DNA from: a virus
Lineage: Duplodnaviria > Caudoviricetes
Strand: one strand, 5' to 3'
Virus record (IMG/VR): IMGVR_UViG_3300020043_002866
Location: 1 to 24,126 of that record
Length of the DNA stretch: 24,126 nt
The position numbers and the translations under genes were made by a program. How positions within the stretch are numbered: the stretch's first letter is position 1; every line of letters starts with the position of its first letter. The notes under the pieces are model-generated. The model was not told the DNA's origin. It did not search any database and worked only from the letters and a program-made list of their open reading frames with translations. This document shows positions 7,480 to 16,018 of the stretch, piece after piece.

Positions 7480-9071
7480 TGCTCCGTGACTACCAGCAGC
7501 GCGCGATCGACCATCTTTACCAATGGTTCCGCAACGGCCACGAGGGCAATCCTTGTCTTGTGCTTCCGACTGGCTCAGGTAAAAGCCACATCGTTGCGGC
7601 ATTGTGCAAGGATGCTTTGCAGAACTGGCCTGAGACCAGGGTTTTGATGCTCACTCATGTGAAAGAGTTGATCGAGCAAAACGCGGAGAAAATGCGTCTC
7701 CATTGGCCGGGAGCGCCAATGGGTATTTATAGCGCAAGCATTGGACGGAGGCAACTCGGGGAGCCGATCACTTTTGCAGGCATTCAGTCGGTGAGGGACA
7801 AAGCCCATCTGATTGGTCACGTTGATCTGGTCATCATTGACGAATGCCATTTGGTTGGCCACAAAGACGAGGGCGGTTATCGACGTCTGTTGGCCGACCT
7901 GAAAGACATCAATTCCAATCTTCGTGTGGTTGGCCTTACTGCCACCCCCTGGAGGCTTGGACACGGTTTAATCACTGATGCGCCCGCGATCTTTTCCGAT
8001 CTAATAGAGCCGGTGAGCATTGATGAACTGGTAAAGCGCAAGTTCTTAGCGCCTCTCCGATCCAAGGTCACGACCGAGCGCCTGGACGTATCAGGAGTTC
8101 GCAAACGTGGCGGTGAGTACATTGAGAGCGAGCTGCAAGCCGCCGTTGACAACGAGGCACAAAACCGAGCGATTGTGCAAGAAGTCATTGCTCGAGCTGA
8201 AGACCGTAAAGCGTGGTTGTTCTTCTGCGCCGGGGTGCGACATGCTGAGAACGTGCGAGACGTGCTGCAAAGCTTCGGAATCGTTGCGGAGTGCGTGACA
8301 GGGGATACGCCGAAAGCGGAGCGTGAACGCATTTTGACGCTCTACAAAGCCGGGCAAATCAGGGCATTGACGAACGCGAATGTGCTAACGACAGGGTTTG
8401 ATTACCCTGATATTGATCTTGTCGCCATGCTGCGACCGACGATGTCACCTAGCCTGTATGTGCAGATGGCAGGCCGAGGAATGCGCCCCAAGAGCCACAC
8501 CGACAATTGCCTAGTGCTGGATTTTGCTGGGGTGGTGGCGACACATGGCCCGATAACGGCAGTGCAGCCTCCGAAGAAGGCAGGATCAGGCAATGGCGAG
8601 GCTCCGGTGAAGCTGTGCGAAGCTTGCAACGAGCTGTGCCCGATCTCCGCCAGAAAATGCCCAGCTTGTGGCGCTCCGTTCCCTGAACCAGAAAAAAAGC
8701 CCCTGACGCTGCACGTTGACGATATTATGGGCATTGAGGGCACACAGATGTCCGTACGGTCTTGGATCTGGCGTAAGCACACAAGCAAGGCTTCTGGCAA
8801 AGAGATGTTCGCAGTGACCTACTACGGAGCTTTAAGCGACCGTCCCGTGACTGAGTATCTGACAGTCACGCACGATGGTTATGCGGGAGAAAAAGCGATC
8901 AGGGCGTTCATGGACATGGCCAAAAAAGCCGGTGCGCCCATTGGGTCTCACGAGGATCTAGACGAGTGCGCCAAGATCATGACGAAGGCCACGCCGCCGA
9001 GCTTGGTGGAGTACCGCAAAGAAGGGAAGTTTGTTCGAGTCATCAACCGAGAATGGGGGATCAATGAGTGA
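7479..9071 (+). CDS. Superfamily 2 DExH helicase, RadD/YejH-like, with zinc ribbon
   Basis: LRDYQ, PTGSGKS, DECH, TAT, LTTGFD, QMAGRGMR, CEAC...CPAC. Confidence 0.93.
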   Translation: MLRDYQQRAIDHLYQWFRNGHEGNPCLVLPTGSGKSHIVAALCKDALQNWPETRVLMLTHVKELIEQNAEKMRLHWPGAPMGIYSASIGRRQLGEPITFAGIQSVRDKAHLIGHVDLVIIDECHLVGHKDEGGYRRLLADLKDINSNLRVVGLTATPWRLGHGLITDAPAIFSDLIEPVSIDELVKRKFLAPLRSKVTTERLDVSGVRKRGGEYIESELQAAVDNEAQNRAIVQEVIARAEDRKAWLFFCAGVRHAENVRDVLQSFGIVAECVTGDTPKAERERILTLYKAGQIRALTNANVLTTGFDYPDIDLVAMLRPTMSPSLYVQMAGRGMRPKSHTDNCLVLDFAGVVATHGPITAVQPPKKAGSGNGEAPVKLCEACNELCPISARKCPACGAPFPEPEKKPLTLHVDDIMGIEGTQMSVRSWIWRKHTSKASGKEMFAVTYYGALSDRPVTEYLTVTHDGYAGEKAIRAFMDMAKKAGAPIGSHEDLDECAKIMTKATPPSLVEYRKEGKFVRVINREWGINE

Positions 9072-9264
9072 ACCGCAAGTTGTCCAGGTGTACCGAGAGA
9101 AGTTGAGAGAAGCAAAGAAGGGCTTGTACCCGCCGAAGTGTTGTTACACATGCGACCATTTTGCAGACCATGACTACTGCACGATGTTTGATGAGAAGGT
9201 GCCAAAAGATTTCTCCGGGTCAATAGACCAGTGCCCAAGTTGGTTTGAGGAGATCCCATTTTGA
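9064..9264 (+). CDS. Small Cys-rich protein (66 aa, ends EEIPF)
   Basis: ATG at 9064 after GGGGGA; CCYTC...YC...C pattern. Confidence 0.72.
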   Translation: MSEPQVVQVYREKLREAKKGLYPPKCCYTCDHFADHDYCTMFDEKVPKDFSGSIDQCPSWFEEIPF

Positions 9265-9440
9265 CCAAGAACGAACAACTCAAATTTCAAAGGCTTGAGC
9301 GATTGCTTGAGGCTGAGAGGCAAAGAGCGGAAAAAGCCTGGGTGGCATACAGAGAAACTCTTTATGAACTGGTGGATATACAAATGCGCCTGGAGGGTGT
9401 ACAGAAGGCACTTGATGACAAGTTTGAGGACGACAAATGA
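9261..9440 (+). CDS. Small coiled-coil hypothetical protein (59 aa)
   Basis: Not in the ORF track; TTG start with TTGA overlap, GAGGAG SD, MTKNEQLKFQRLERLLEAERQRAEKAW...DDK, ATGA overlap with the next gene. Confidence 0.65.
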   Translation: MTKNEQLKFQRLERLLEAERQRAEKAWVAYRETLYELVDIQMRLEGVQKALDDKFEDDK

Positions 9441-9799
9441 GAACAGAACACGAAGAACAACGCGAATTTGTGAAGTGGTTCCGCCAGAGCTTTCCGGCAA
9501 CGCGGATCTTTGCTATCCCCAACGGTGGCGCCAGAACCATCACCACGGCAGCGAAGCTGAAGGCAGAGGGAGTGTGCAGAGGCATTCCCGATCTTTTCAT
9601 TCCAGCCTGGGGGCTTTGGGTGGAGATGAAGCGGGAGAAGGGGGGAGTGTTGAGCCAAGATCAGAAGGACTGGATCAACTATCTAGAAGCCAACCAATAT
9701 CACTGCCTTGTCGCGAAGGGATGTGATGACGCAAAGCAACAGATTGGTGAGTTCATCCTTGAGCACCTTGACACGGAATGTGAGTTGACACACAATTGA
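9437..9799 (+). CDS. VRR-NUC domain nuclease (putative resolvase)
   Basis: EHEEQ, FAIPNGG, KAEGVCRGIPDL, VEMKR, LSQDQKDW motifs. Confidence 0.88.
   Translation: MRTEHEEQREFVKWFRQSFPATRIFAIPNGGARTITTAAKLKAEGVCRGIPDLFIPAWGLWVEMKREKGGVLSQDQKDWINYLEANQYHCLVAKGCDDAKQQIGEFILEHLDTECELTHN
9768..9796 (+). promoter_or_regulatory. Sigma70-like promoter in the 3' end of the VRR-NUC gene
   Basis: TTGACA(9768-9773)-N17-CACAAT(9791-9796), same architecture as 1281-1309. Confidence 0.62.
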
Positions 9800-9832
9800 A
9801 CACATCGCAACACACAACCCGGAGCTTCCGAA

Positions 9833-10081
9833 ATGTGCTACATCACCACCCAGACCAACAAGTACCTTGACCAAATGGAACAAGACGAAAAGGAATATGA
9901 AGAGGAATTTCAGTTCATTGCTGAATTTCGTATTGATGATGTTTCCGGTGAGATGGAGAACGATACGCCAACTTTTGTTGAGGCGTGCAACAAGGTGGAG
10001 AAGGGTCTCATGAGCCTTGAGCAATTGGGCCGCTTGGTGATGACGTGTCGCAATGACATCATTGACTCTATGATCGACTAA
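9833..10081 (+). CDS. Acidic hypothetical protein
   Basis: 82 aa ORF with GGAG SD, downstream of the predicted promoter. Confidence 0.7.
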   Translation: MCYITTQTNKYLDQMEQDEKEYEEEFQFIAEFRIDDVSGEMENDTPTFVEACNKVEKGLMSLEQLGRLVMTCRNDIIDSMID

Positions 10082-10137
10082 CAGATATGGGGGTCTGAAA
10101 AGGTAAGTTCGGGTGAGCCCGACACCCCCGCCAAATC

Positions 10138-10386
10138 ATGAATACAAAAGCCCTGAGACTTGTTAGAAAGCTGTGGAACAGCAGTTCGGTTTCACGGGAT
10201 GTAAACCGGCACAACCAGCGTCAGTGGGTTCGTGCTGTTCGGCAACTAGGCAAGCGTTGGCTGCTTGCGGAGACTCAATCAAAAGGAAACGTATGTCAGA
10301 CGTGGAAGGAACATTGCAGGAACGTGGCCAGAAATACGGCAAGTTTTCGGGACATGCAGAGGTCTCACAAGATCTCAAGCTTGTAA
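10138..10386 (+). CDS. Small basic hypothetical protein
   Basis: RHNQRQWVRAVRQLGKRWLLA motif; its 3' end overlaps the next gene by 94 nt. Confidence 0.55.
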   Translation: MNTKALRLVRKLWNSSSVSRDVNRHNQRQWVRAVRQLGKRWLLAETQSKGNVCQTWKEHCRNVARNTASFRDMQRSHKISSL

Positions 10387-10571
10387 TCCGGACCCACCTC
10401 AAGCATCGAGGCAAGATCCTTGCACTAGACCAGCAAGAGGCCCTGGAAATGATCTGTCACAAGATCGCCAGAATCATCAACGGAGACGCTGACTACGCCG
10501 ATAGTTGGCATGACATTGCAGGCTATTCAACTCTGATTGTTCAACGACTGAAAGGGGATGATGATGTGTAA
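10293..10571 (+). CDS. DUF6378-like phage protein
   Basis: ATG at 10293 after AAAGGA; TLQERGQKYGKF...EALEMICHKIARIINGD..Y.DSWHDIAGY. Confidence 0.8.
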   Translation: MSDVEGTLQERGQKYGKFSGHAEVSQDLKLVIRTHLKHRGKILALDQQEALEMICHKIARIINGDADYADSWHDIAGYSTLIVQRLKGDDDV

Positions 10572-10728
10572 CGGAAACTGTGGTCAAGGTCGTCAATGTG
10601 ATTGCATTCCAGATTTCGAATGGAACGAACCAACCGAGATTGAAGGCATCGCATCAATGGCCGCAAGCCTGTTGATGATTGTTCTAATAATCGCCAGCAT
10701 CACCGGTATCGTGATGCTTTACGTATAA
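10561..10728 (+). CDS. Small Cys-rich membrane protein (55 aa)
   Basis: Not in the ORF track; MMCNGNCGQGRQCDC...SMAASLLMIVLIIASITGIVMLYV; AAGGGG SD; C-terminal hydrophobic helix. Confidence 0.6.
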   Translation: MMCNGNCGQGRQCDCIPDFEWNEPTEIEGIASMAASLLMIVLIIASITGIVMLYV

Positions 10729-11190
10729 AAGTCGTTCAGCAATACGACGCCGTTGTAACCCGGGCAGGACTTTCCCGCCTGCTCGGACAAACTTCAAAAA
10801 CTCGCTGGCTGCTCCAGCGTAGTCTTTTCTGAGGTGCTTTCTTCTGAGCGTTGACCGCTGAAGGGCACCGAGCCCAAGGTTGAAAGCGAAGCTAACCAGA
10901 GCATCAAATTCAGATTGCGTTGTGTTTCTTCCGCATAATCTTTCAACACCTCGCTCAAACCGACGAAGATCATTTCTGAGTAGATCATTGACTTCCTCTT
11001 GTGTGAATGTCCGGTTGTGAGCTTGAGCGAGCTGGAAATGCATACGCTCCTCAAGTGTTAAGTGATGCTGTCTCGGGTACAAAACATGCCCGACGCCAAC
11101 AGTCCAGAGCAAAGCAGGGCACCTATATGGCTTGAGCCTGACACCCTCAAAGTGTTTGATAAGGCTGATGCCGACTTCTGAAGTCTTCAT
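10684..11190 (-). CDS. Endolysin, GH24 phage lysozyme
   Basis: IKHFEGVRLKPYRCPA..WTVGVGH, FDALVSFAFNLG, STL, GLQRRRIAE. Confidence 0.93.
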   Translation of the reverse strand: MKTSEVGISLIKHFEGVRLKPYRCPALLWTVGVGHVLYPRQHHLTLEERMHFQLAQAHNRTFTQEEVNDLLRNDLRRFERGVERLCGRNTTQSEFDALVSFAFNLGLGALQRSTLRRKHLRKDYAGAASEFLKFVRAGGKVLPGLQRRRIAERLLYVKHHDTGDAGDY

Positions 11191-11702
11191 TTGCCGAAGG
11201 CTCTGCCGCCGAAGTGAAACGCTATCACGGAGGCAAATAGCGCCTGGGTGTTCTCATCCCAGAGCTGCGCAGCCACATCAACAAACGAAGCGCCAGCCGC
11301 TACCCCATAGAAGAAAATGCCGATGTCAATCAGAACCAGAAGGATGAAGAATCCATAGGTGACTACAGGCCGCACAGACGCGCGAAGGTTAATCACCCAC
11401 TGGCTAGCACCCTCGCCGATGGCCGCGTCATGGGTGTAGATCGCCTTCATTTCGTCGCTCTGTGCGCCAATTCTGGCCTGGATCTCGCGGCTTGCAATAT
11501 CCATCTCCAACTGAGCGGAGCGGATCTCCTCAAGCTTGGCCTCTGCATCAAATCCAATCTTTCGAAGTTCCAACTCCCTCTGAATCTGCATCCCCAACAG
11601 CTCAATCTCTTGTCGCTTGTCGCTGCGATCCTTCATAAACTCCAAGAACCTGGGCAATCCACCAGCCAGAAACGAGACGATTGTGCTGAGTAGGGTGAGC
11701 AT
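11187..11702 (-). CDS. Putative holin (GTA 3TM holin-like)
   Basis: Hydrophobic N-terminus, WVINLRASVRPVVTY, hydrophobic helices, FHFGGRAFGK end; ATGA-coupled to the lysozyme. Confidence 0.7.
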   Translation of the reverse strand: MLTLLSTIVSFLAGGLPRFLEFMKDRSDKRQEIELLGMQIQRELELRKIGFDAEAKLEEIRSAQLEMDIASREIQARIGAQSDEMKAIYTHDAAIGEGASQWVINLRASVRPVVTYGFFILLVLIDIGIFFYGVAAGASFVDVAAQLWDENTQALFASVIAFHFGGRAFGK

Positions 11703-11926
11703 TATTTTTTATCCTCTTTATTGTCTAATTTGTCACTGATTTTGCCGAGGAGCGATTTCACTTCGTGCATATCTTCTCTATAGTCATCACGTCTGACGTA
11801 CTTTGCAGGAGAAGATCTAGTCTCCTCCTCTAGTCGCTCAATCGCCTTGTAAATGTTGTTCAGAACCCATCCACCAAGGAACCCCGCAAGGCTTACGGCG
11901 GCGTTGAAAATCATCTGATTGTCCAA
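11702..11926 (-). CDS. Small membrane-anchored protein of the lysis cassette
   Basis: TTG start with GGAG SD; N-terminal hydrophobic helix followed by a coiled coil (YVRRDDYREDM). Confidence 0.65.
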   Translation of the reverse strand: MDNQMIFNAAVSLAGFLGGWVLNNIYKAIERLEEETRSSPAKYVRRDDYREDMHEVKSLLGKISDKLDNKEDKK

Positions 11927-11939
11927 TTGCTTGCTCCGT

Positions 11940-13640
11940 TTATTGATTTTGACTTAATGCGTTCACAATTAATTGTTGCGTTGGTGTTGACGTCCTTGTT
12001 AATGAAGCAAGAGCATTTTGCACCACTGGGAATTGTTGTGTAATTCTTGGAAGTGCTCCAGCAAATCTTCCAGCACCATAAGCAGTTTCGCCAACAAGTC
12101 TAGGAGAAGTCAAAGCTAGAGCAGGCAATAAAGAAGGGTTCATGATTGAGGCAGCTCCGCCAAGCCCCAACGCACCTCTGCCTGTCAAGGACTGAGGAAC
12201 GACATCAGACATCAATTGACCTGCAATTGCAGGCCTAAGTTGTTGCCCTGTTTGAGATTCAAGTTGTCCAATCAATGCTTGCTTGTACTCTCCGGAAGGC
12301 GTCTGTTTAAGAGCTTGCATGATCTTATTTAGTGCAGTCTCTTTTTTAATCTTATCGCTTCCACCCAAAGCGTCACTGATTTCTCTTATAAGCCTAGTCT
12401 GAGTTTCGTAGGCTTTCATTGCATCTTTGTACTCTGGAACAGCATCAACAATCGTCTGTTTCACAGACGATTCAAATTCAGATAGAGCCCTTTTTGCTTG
12501 CGTCTGTTTTCCGCTTTCTGGGTAAATTGCATCCAATCTACGTTTTAAAGCGTCTAAATCAATGGCTGTAGGCGTTGGGTGATCTACTTTCCATTGCGCA
12601 ATGGCATCTTTTGCTTCAGAAATGATTTTCTGCTCATCTGACCCAATAATTGATTTGCCAGCATGAGTAATTGATTGGTCAATTTTATTGATCGCGGCAT
12701 TAACCTTTGAATAATCTAATGGTTTTGTGTTTGCCGCCCATCCAGTTTTTGCAGTGGCATAAGATGCCGATGCGTCATTTCTCATCTGAGAGATGCCGTT
12801 TTTTAATACATCAAGAACGTCATCAACAGGCACATTTTTTCTCAAGTTGTCAATAAAAGTAGTTGCATTTTGCTTGCCTGCTGCAAACGCTTCTTTTACA
12901 ACATTTGGCGTAACGGCTCCCACAACAGCGGGAACACCTTTACCAACCAATGGAAGTCCGCCCCCAATCAATGACCCTGGTCCAGCATCTTCAGGATTAA
13001 TAAGACCACTTGTAGCGCCGCCTACAATTGCACCAGCAGCAACGGAGGGAATAATTTTCCCTGTTCCGAATCCGCCTGTTTGAAGTGCATTTAAAAAGTT
13101 TGGAACTGCTGTTGAGGCTCCAGGAACCATACGCAAAGCGTTGGCAGCAAAACGACCAAGCCCAGAAGTTCCAGCAATTTCAGCACCAATTTTTCCGGTT
13201 TTGTACCCAAAAGACTCAGGCCTAGCTCCTGTCAACTGTTGCAATGCTTCGTCCATTGCTTGACGACGCTGCACATTTTCTTCCGCCGTCTCAAATGGCC
13301 TAAGAATTGTTGCGCCAATAGATCCAGCGCCACGAACACCGCCCGCTGCAACTTCAATCAATGGGTTAGTTGCTTGCACAGTAGCAAATTTTGCCTGTTT
13401 CCGTTCTTCCGGGGTCATTGAAGCAAAGTCAACTCGACGCTGAGTTGGCATGCCTTCGGAAACTGTTTTAGTGGGCTGAGAAAGGTAACCTAAAATCTCG
13501 TCAGATTTATATCCTGCATCAATAGCAGTTTTTAACTTCGGCCCAAAGTCAGGGGTCTCCCCAAGAAACTTAACAATCTCGTCATCGTTGTAACCGGCGT
13601 CTCTTGCTTGAGTAATCTTTTCTTGAATTGACGTGGCCAT
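11940..13640 (-). CDS. Putative DNA ejection / internal virion protein (P22 gp16 position)
   Basis: 566 aa, helical and Ala/Gly-rich; third of three such genes after the tail genes (synteny). Confidence 0.65.
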   Translation of the reverse strand: MATSIQEKITQARDAGYNDDEIVKFLGETPDFGPKLKTAIDAGYKSDEILGYLSQPTKTVSEGMPTQRRVDFASMTPEERKQAKFATVQATNPLIEVAAGGVRGAGSIGATILRPFETAEENVQRRQAMDEALQQLTGARPESFGYKTGKIGAEIAGTSGLGRFAANALRMVPGASTAVPNFLNALQTGGFGTGKIIPSVAAGAIVGGATSGLINPEDAGPGSLIGGGLPLVGKGVPAVVGAVTPNVVKEAFAAGKQNATTFIDNLRKNVPVDDVLDVLKNGISQMRNDASASYATAKTGWAANTKPLDYSKVNAAINKIDQSITHAGKSIIGSDEQKIISEAKDAIAQWKVDHPTPTAIDLDALKRRLDAIYPESGKQTQAKRALSEFESSVKQTIVDAVPEYKDAMKAYETQTRLIREISDALGGSDKIKKETALNKIMQALKQTPSGEYKQALIGQLESQTGQQLRPAIAGQLMSDVVPQSLTGRGALGLGGAASIMNPSLLPALALTSPRLVGETAYGAGRFAGALPRITQQFPVVQNALASLTRTSTPTQQLIVNALSQNQ

Positions 13641-14980
13641 TATTTGCCCCCGAAAATATCGTTTAGAGATGGACGGTTTGTTGGCGCTGCTGCGGGGGCC
13701 GAAACTTCCCCAGCCGGGGCAATGCCCTCATTAGCCATTGCTTGATTGACAAATTGTCCTTGTCTGGCTTTCATTAACTTTACAAGAACTTTTGCAGCGG
13801 CTCGCCTTGTCTCAATTGGCAAAGCTTCATTGGCAAGTTGCCCAGCGGCTTCTTTATAAGATTGGGTGTCTTTGTCAGACTGAGGGCCTTCAAATCTTGG
13901 AACCATTTTTAACCCAAGATCAGCAATTGGTTTTAATGCAGCAGCCGCTTGCGCACCTTCTGTAGACTTTCCAAAGAAAGCCGCTCCAGTGTCTAACATC
14001 TTGCCTAATCCGCTAGATGTGGATTTTTCTAGTAGGCCTCCAGGCTTAATAGCATCTTCAATTTCTGTTATGGCCAAAGTAATGTCTCTAGCCATCTGCT
14101 TTTTTTGAGCTTCTGCTTTTTCTGCAAATGCGGTTGGCTTTGCTTTGACAGGAACGCCACCTTCTCCAGTTACAGGTTTTGCCACTGGAGCGATTCCAGT
14201 GGTTACTTTTGTTGGCAAAGCAATAATGTTTCCTTGGGCATCTGTTTGATATGAGACGCCTTGGCCTGCAAGCTCTCTTTGCAAATCCATTTGAGCTCGT
14301 TGATATTGAGTAATAGGCTGCTGGTATTCACTTCCAGGAACAACGCTAACACGCCCGGAAATTGGTTCAACTGAAACAAGTCTATTTCCTTGTTGCATGA
14401 CCGTTGGCTTACTCATTTCAAGATATTTTTGAACGCCGCCGGCCATTCGGAGCTGCAAATCTCTAAATGCGGTTGTTGGATCTGATGAGTTTTGAGCTTC
14501 TTGAATAGCTTTCAATCCAACATCAACATTTCTTCCAGATTGTTTAAGTGCTTGGCCAAGCACTGGATCATTAAACATTGCTTGATGCACGTCAGCTAAT
14601 TCTTTGAAAGATTGAGCCGACCCAATTCCATTCAAATATCTTGATTGAATCTTGGATGTTAGGTCCTCTTGAGACTTGGCCGCTTCCCGCTCCTCTTTTC
14701 TTGCAGCCATGACTTTTTGAGCCATTTCGGCACCAGTTTTGCCAAAGCCATACAAGCCTTTTAGAGTTTCTGGAGAAGTCAAGTCCGCACCACCAGACAG
14801 GTAATTTCTAACCTGTTCCTGCTCTTGAAGCCCGCGCCTGTACTCCTGAGCTTGCATCTTTGCTAACTCATTAGCTTGCTGCGCTTGCTTAATCTGAGCA
14901 AACTTTGCATAGGTGTTCAATGGAGACTCAATCTCCATTGGCTGCAACGACATAGCGATACTTGGATTGATTGTTGCCAT
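13640..14980 (-). CDS. Putative DNA ejection protein (P22 gp20 position)
   Basis: Gln/Ala-rich helical protein; ATG at 14980; synteny. Confidence 0.62.
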   Translation of the reverse strand: MATINPSIAMSLQPMEIESPLNTYAKFAQIKQAQQANELAKMQAQEYRRGLQEQEQVRNYLSGGADLTSPETLKGLYGFGKTGAEMAQKVMAARKEEREAAKSQEDLTSKIQSRYLNGIGSAQSFKELADVHQAMFNDPVLGQALKQSGRNVDVGLKAIQEAQNSSDPTTAFRDLQLRMAGGVQKYLEMSKPTVMQQGNRLVSVEPISGRVSVVPGSEYQQPITQYQRAQMDLQRELAGQGVSYQTDAQGNIIALPTKVTTGIAPVAKPVTGEGGVPVKAKPTAFAEKAEAQKKQMARDITLAITEIEDAIKPGGLLEKSTSSGLGKMLDTGAAFFGKSTEGAQAAAALKPIADLGLKMVPRFEGPQSDKDTQSYKEAAGQLANEALPIETRRAAAKVLVKLMKARQGQFVNQAMANEGIAPAGEVSAPAAAPTNRPSLNDIFGGK

Positions 14981-14982
14981 GT

Positions 14983-16017
14983 TCAAAGATCCGAAATGTA
15001 ATCAGGGTTGCCTTGTACAGAACCGCCGCCAAAACCCATTGAGCCCGCTCCGGTGCTGAAGAACCCGCCAAATGGATTCCCACCGCCGCTTGGAGCGCCC
15101 TGCAACCTATTCAAGTACTGTTGATTTTGGTAAAAATTTACGCCCTGTCCCAGTGCCCCACGAAGCGCATTAGCCTGACCCATGTAACCAGATGCGCGAG
15201 CGTTTCCGGCTCCAACAAATTGCTCTGCAGCGCCTTGCCCATACTGCCCTGCTGCGCCTGTGAGCGTATTGGCTGCAGTTTGTCCAGTTCCCATAAGGGA
15301 TTGCAAAGGCTGAAGCTGATTGGCCCGATTGACTTGATAACGATTGAATGCGTTGGTGTACTCTTGACTAGCCGCCTCTTGGCCATATCGTTGAGCAGCT
15401 TTCAAAGCACCTCCAGAGATCAAGCCGCCGCGAGCAGCCGCCTGACGATCCAGCGCCTTTAAACCTTCGCTCATGCGGAAGGCATAACCAGGATCTTGCT
15501 GGAAGTCTTGCATCCCAAAGTCGCGCGTGTACTTGCCGAACTCCGGCGAAGCTTTTAAGGCTTCATATTCTTGAGCTGCTTTGGCATCTTTTGCCATTTC
15601 AGCTTGAATTGCGGCATTTAATCTGGCTTCTTGTTCTGCCCCGGCGCCCTCTGCGGGAACCCATTCAACTCCGCTAGGGATTCCGCTGTCATCAACATAT
15701 TGGAGCTTAAATTGACCGGCTCCAGGCGAAGGCGTCTGATATTGAGCAGTCAAGGCATTTCTAATTTCTGCCTCAGTTCTTGCCGTTGGAGCTTGAGCCA
15801 GCCCCAAAAGATTCATGTACCGTTGTTGAGCGGATAGCCCCGCTTGCCGGAAAGGCTCCTGAAGCGCGATTTGCTTCTCAAACATCTCTTTTTGTGCTTG
15901 AGCCGCTTCTCTTGAAGCTTGTAATTGCGCCGCTGCAGCTTTTTTGGATGCGCTTGATCCCATTAACCCGCCAAGGAGAGAAGCTCCTCCGGCAATTGCT
16001 CCACCAATCCAAGGCAT
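14983..16017 (-). CDS. DNA transfer / ejection protein (P22 gp7-like)
   Basis: Gly/Ala-rich N-terminus, LQEPFRQAG, DPGYAFRMSEG..ALDRQAAARGGLISGGALKAAQRYGQ. Confidence 0.75.
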   Translation of the reverse strand: MPWIGGAIAGGASLLGGLMGSSASKKAAAAQLQASREAAQAQKEMFEKQIALQEPFRQAGLSAQQRYMNLLGLAQAPTARTEAEIRNALTAQYQTPSPGAGQFKLQYVDDSGIPSGVEWVPAEGAGAEQEARLNAAIQAEMAKDAKAAQEYEALKASPEFGKYTRDFGMQDFQQDPGYAFRMSEGLKALDRQAAARGGLISGGALKAAQRYGQEAASQEYTNAFNRYQVNRANQLQPLQSLMGTGQTAANTLTGAAGQYGQGAAEQFVGAGNARASGYMGQANALRGALGQGVNFYQNQQYLNRLQGAPSGGGNPFGGFFSTGAGSMGFGGGSVQGNPDYISDL

Positions 16018-16018
16018 G

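Noticed and set aside
7575-8800. Several - strand ORFs inside the helicase (and similar antisense ORFs at 12793, 16739, 18415)
   Set aside because: Fully nested opposite well-supported genes; no motifs or translation signals.
9295-9726. 143-aa + strand track ORF
   Set aside because: Overlaps VRR-NUC out of frame; the interval is better explained by 9261..9440 plus 9437..9799 with SD and 4-nt overlaps.
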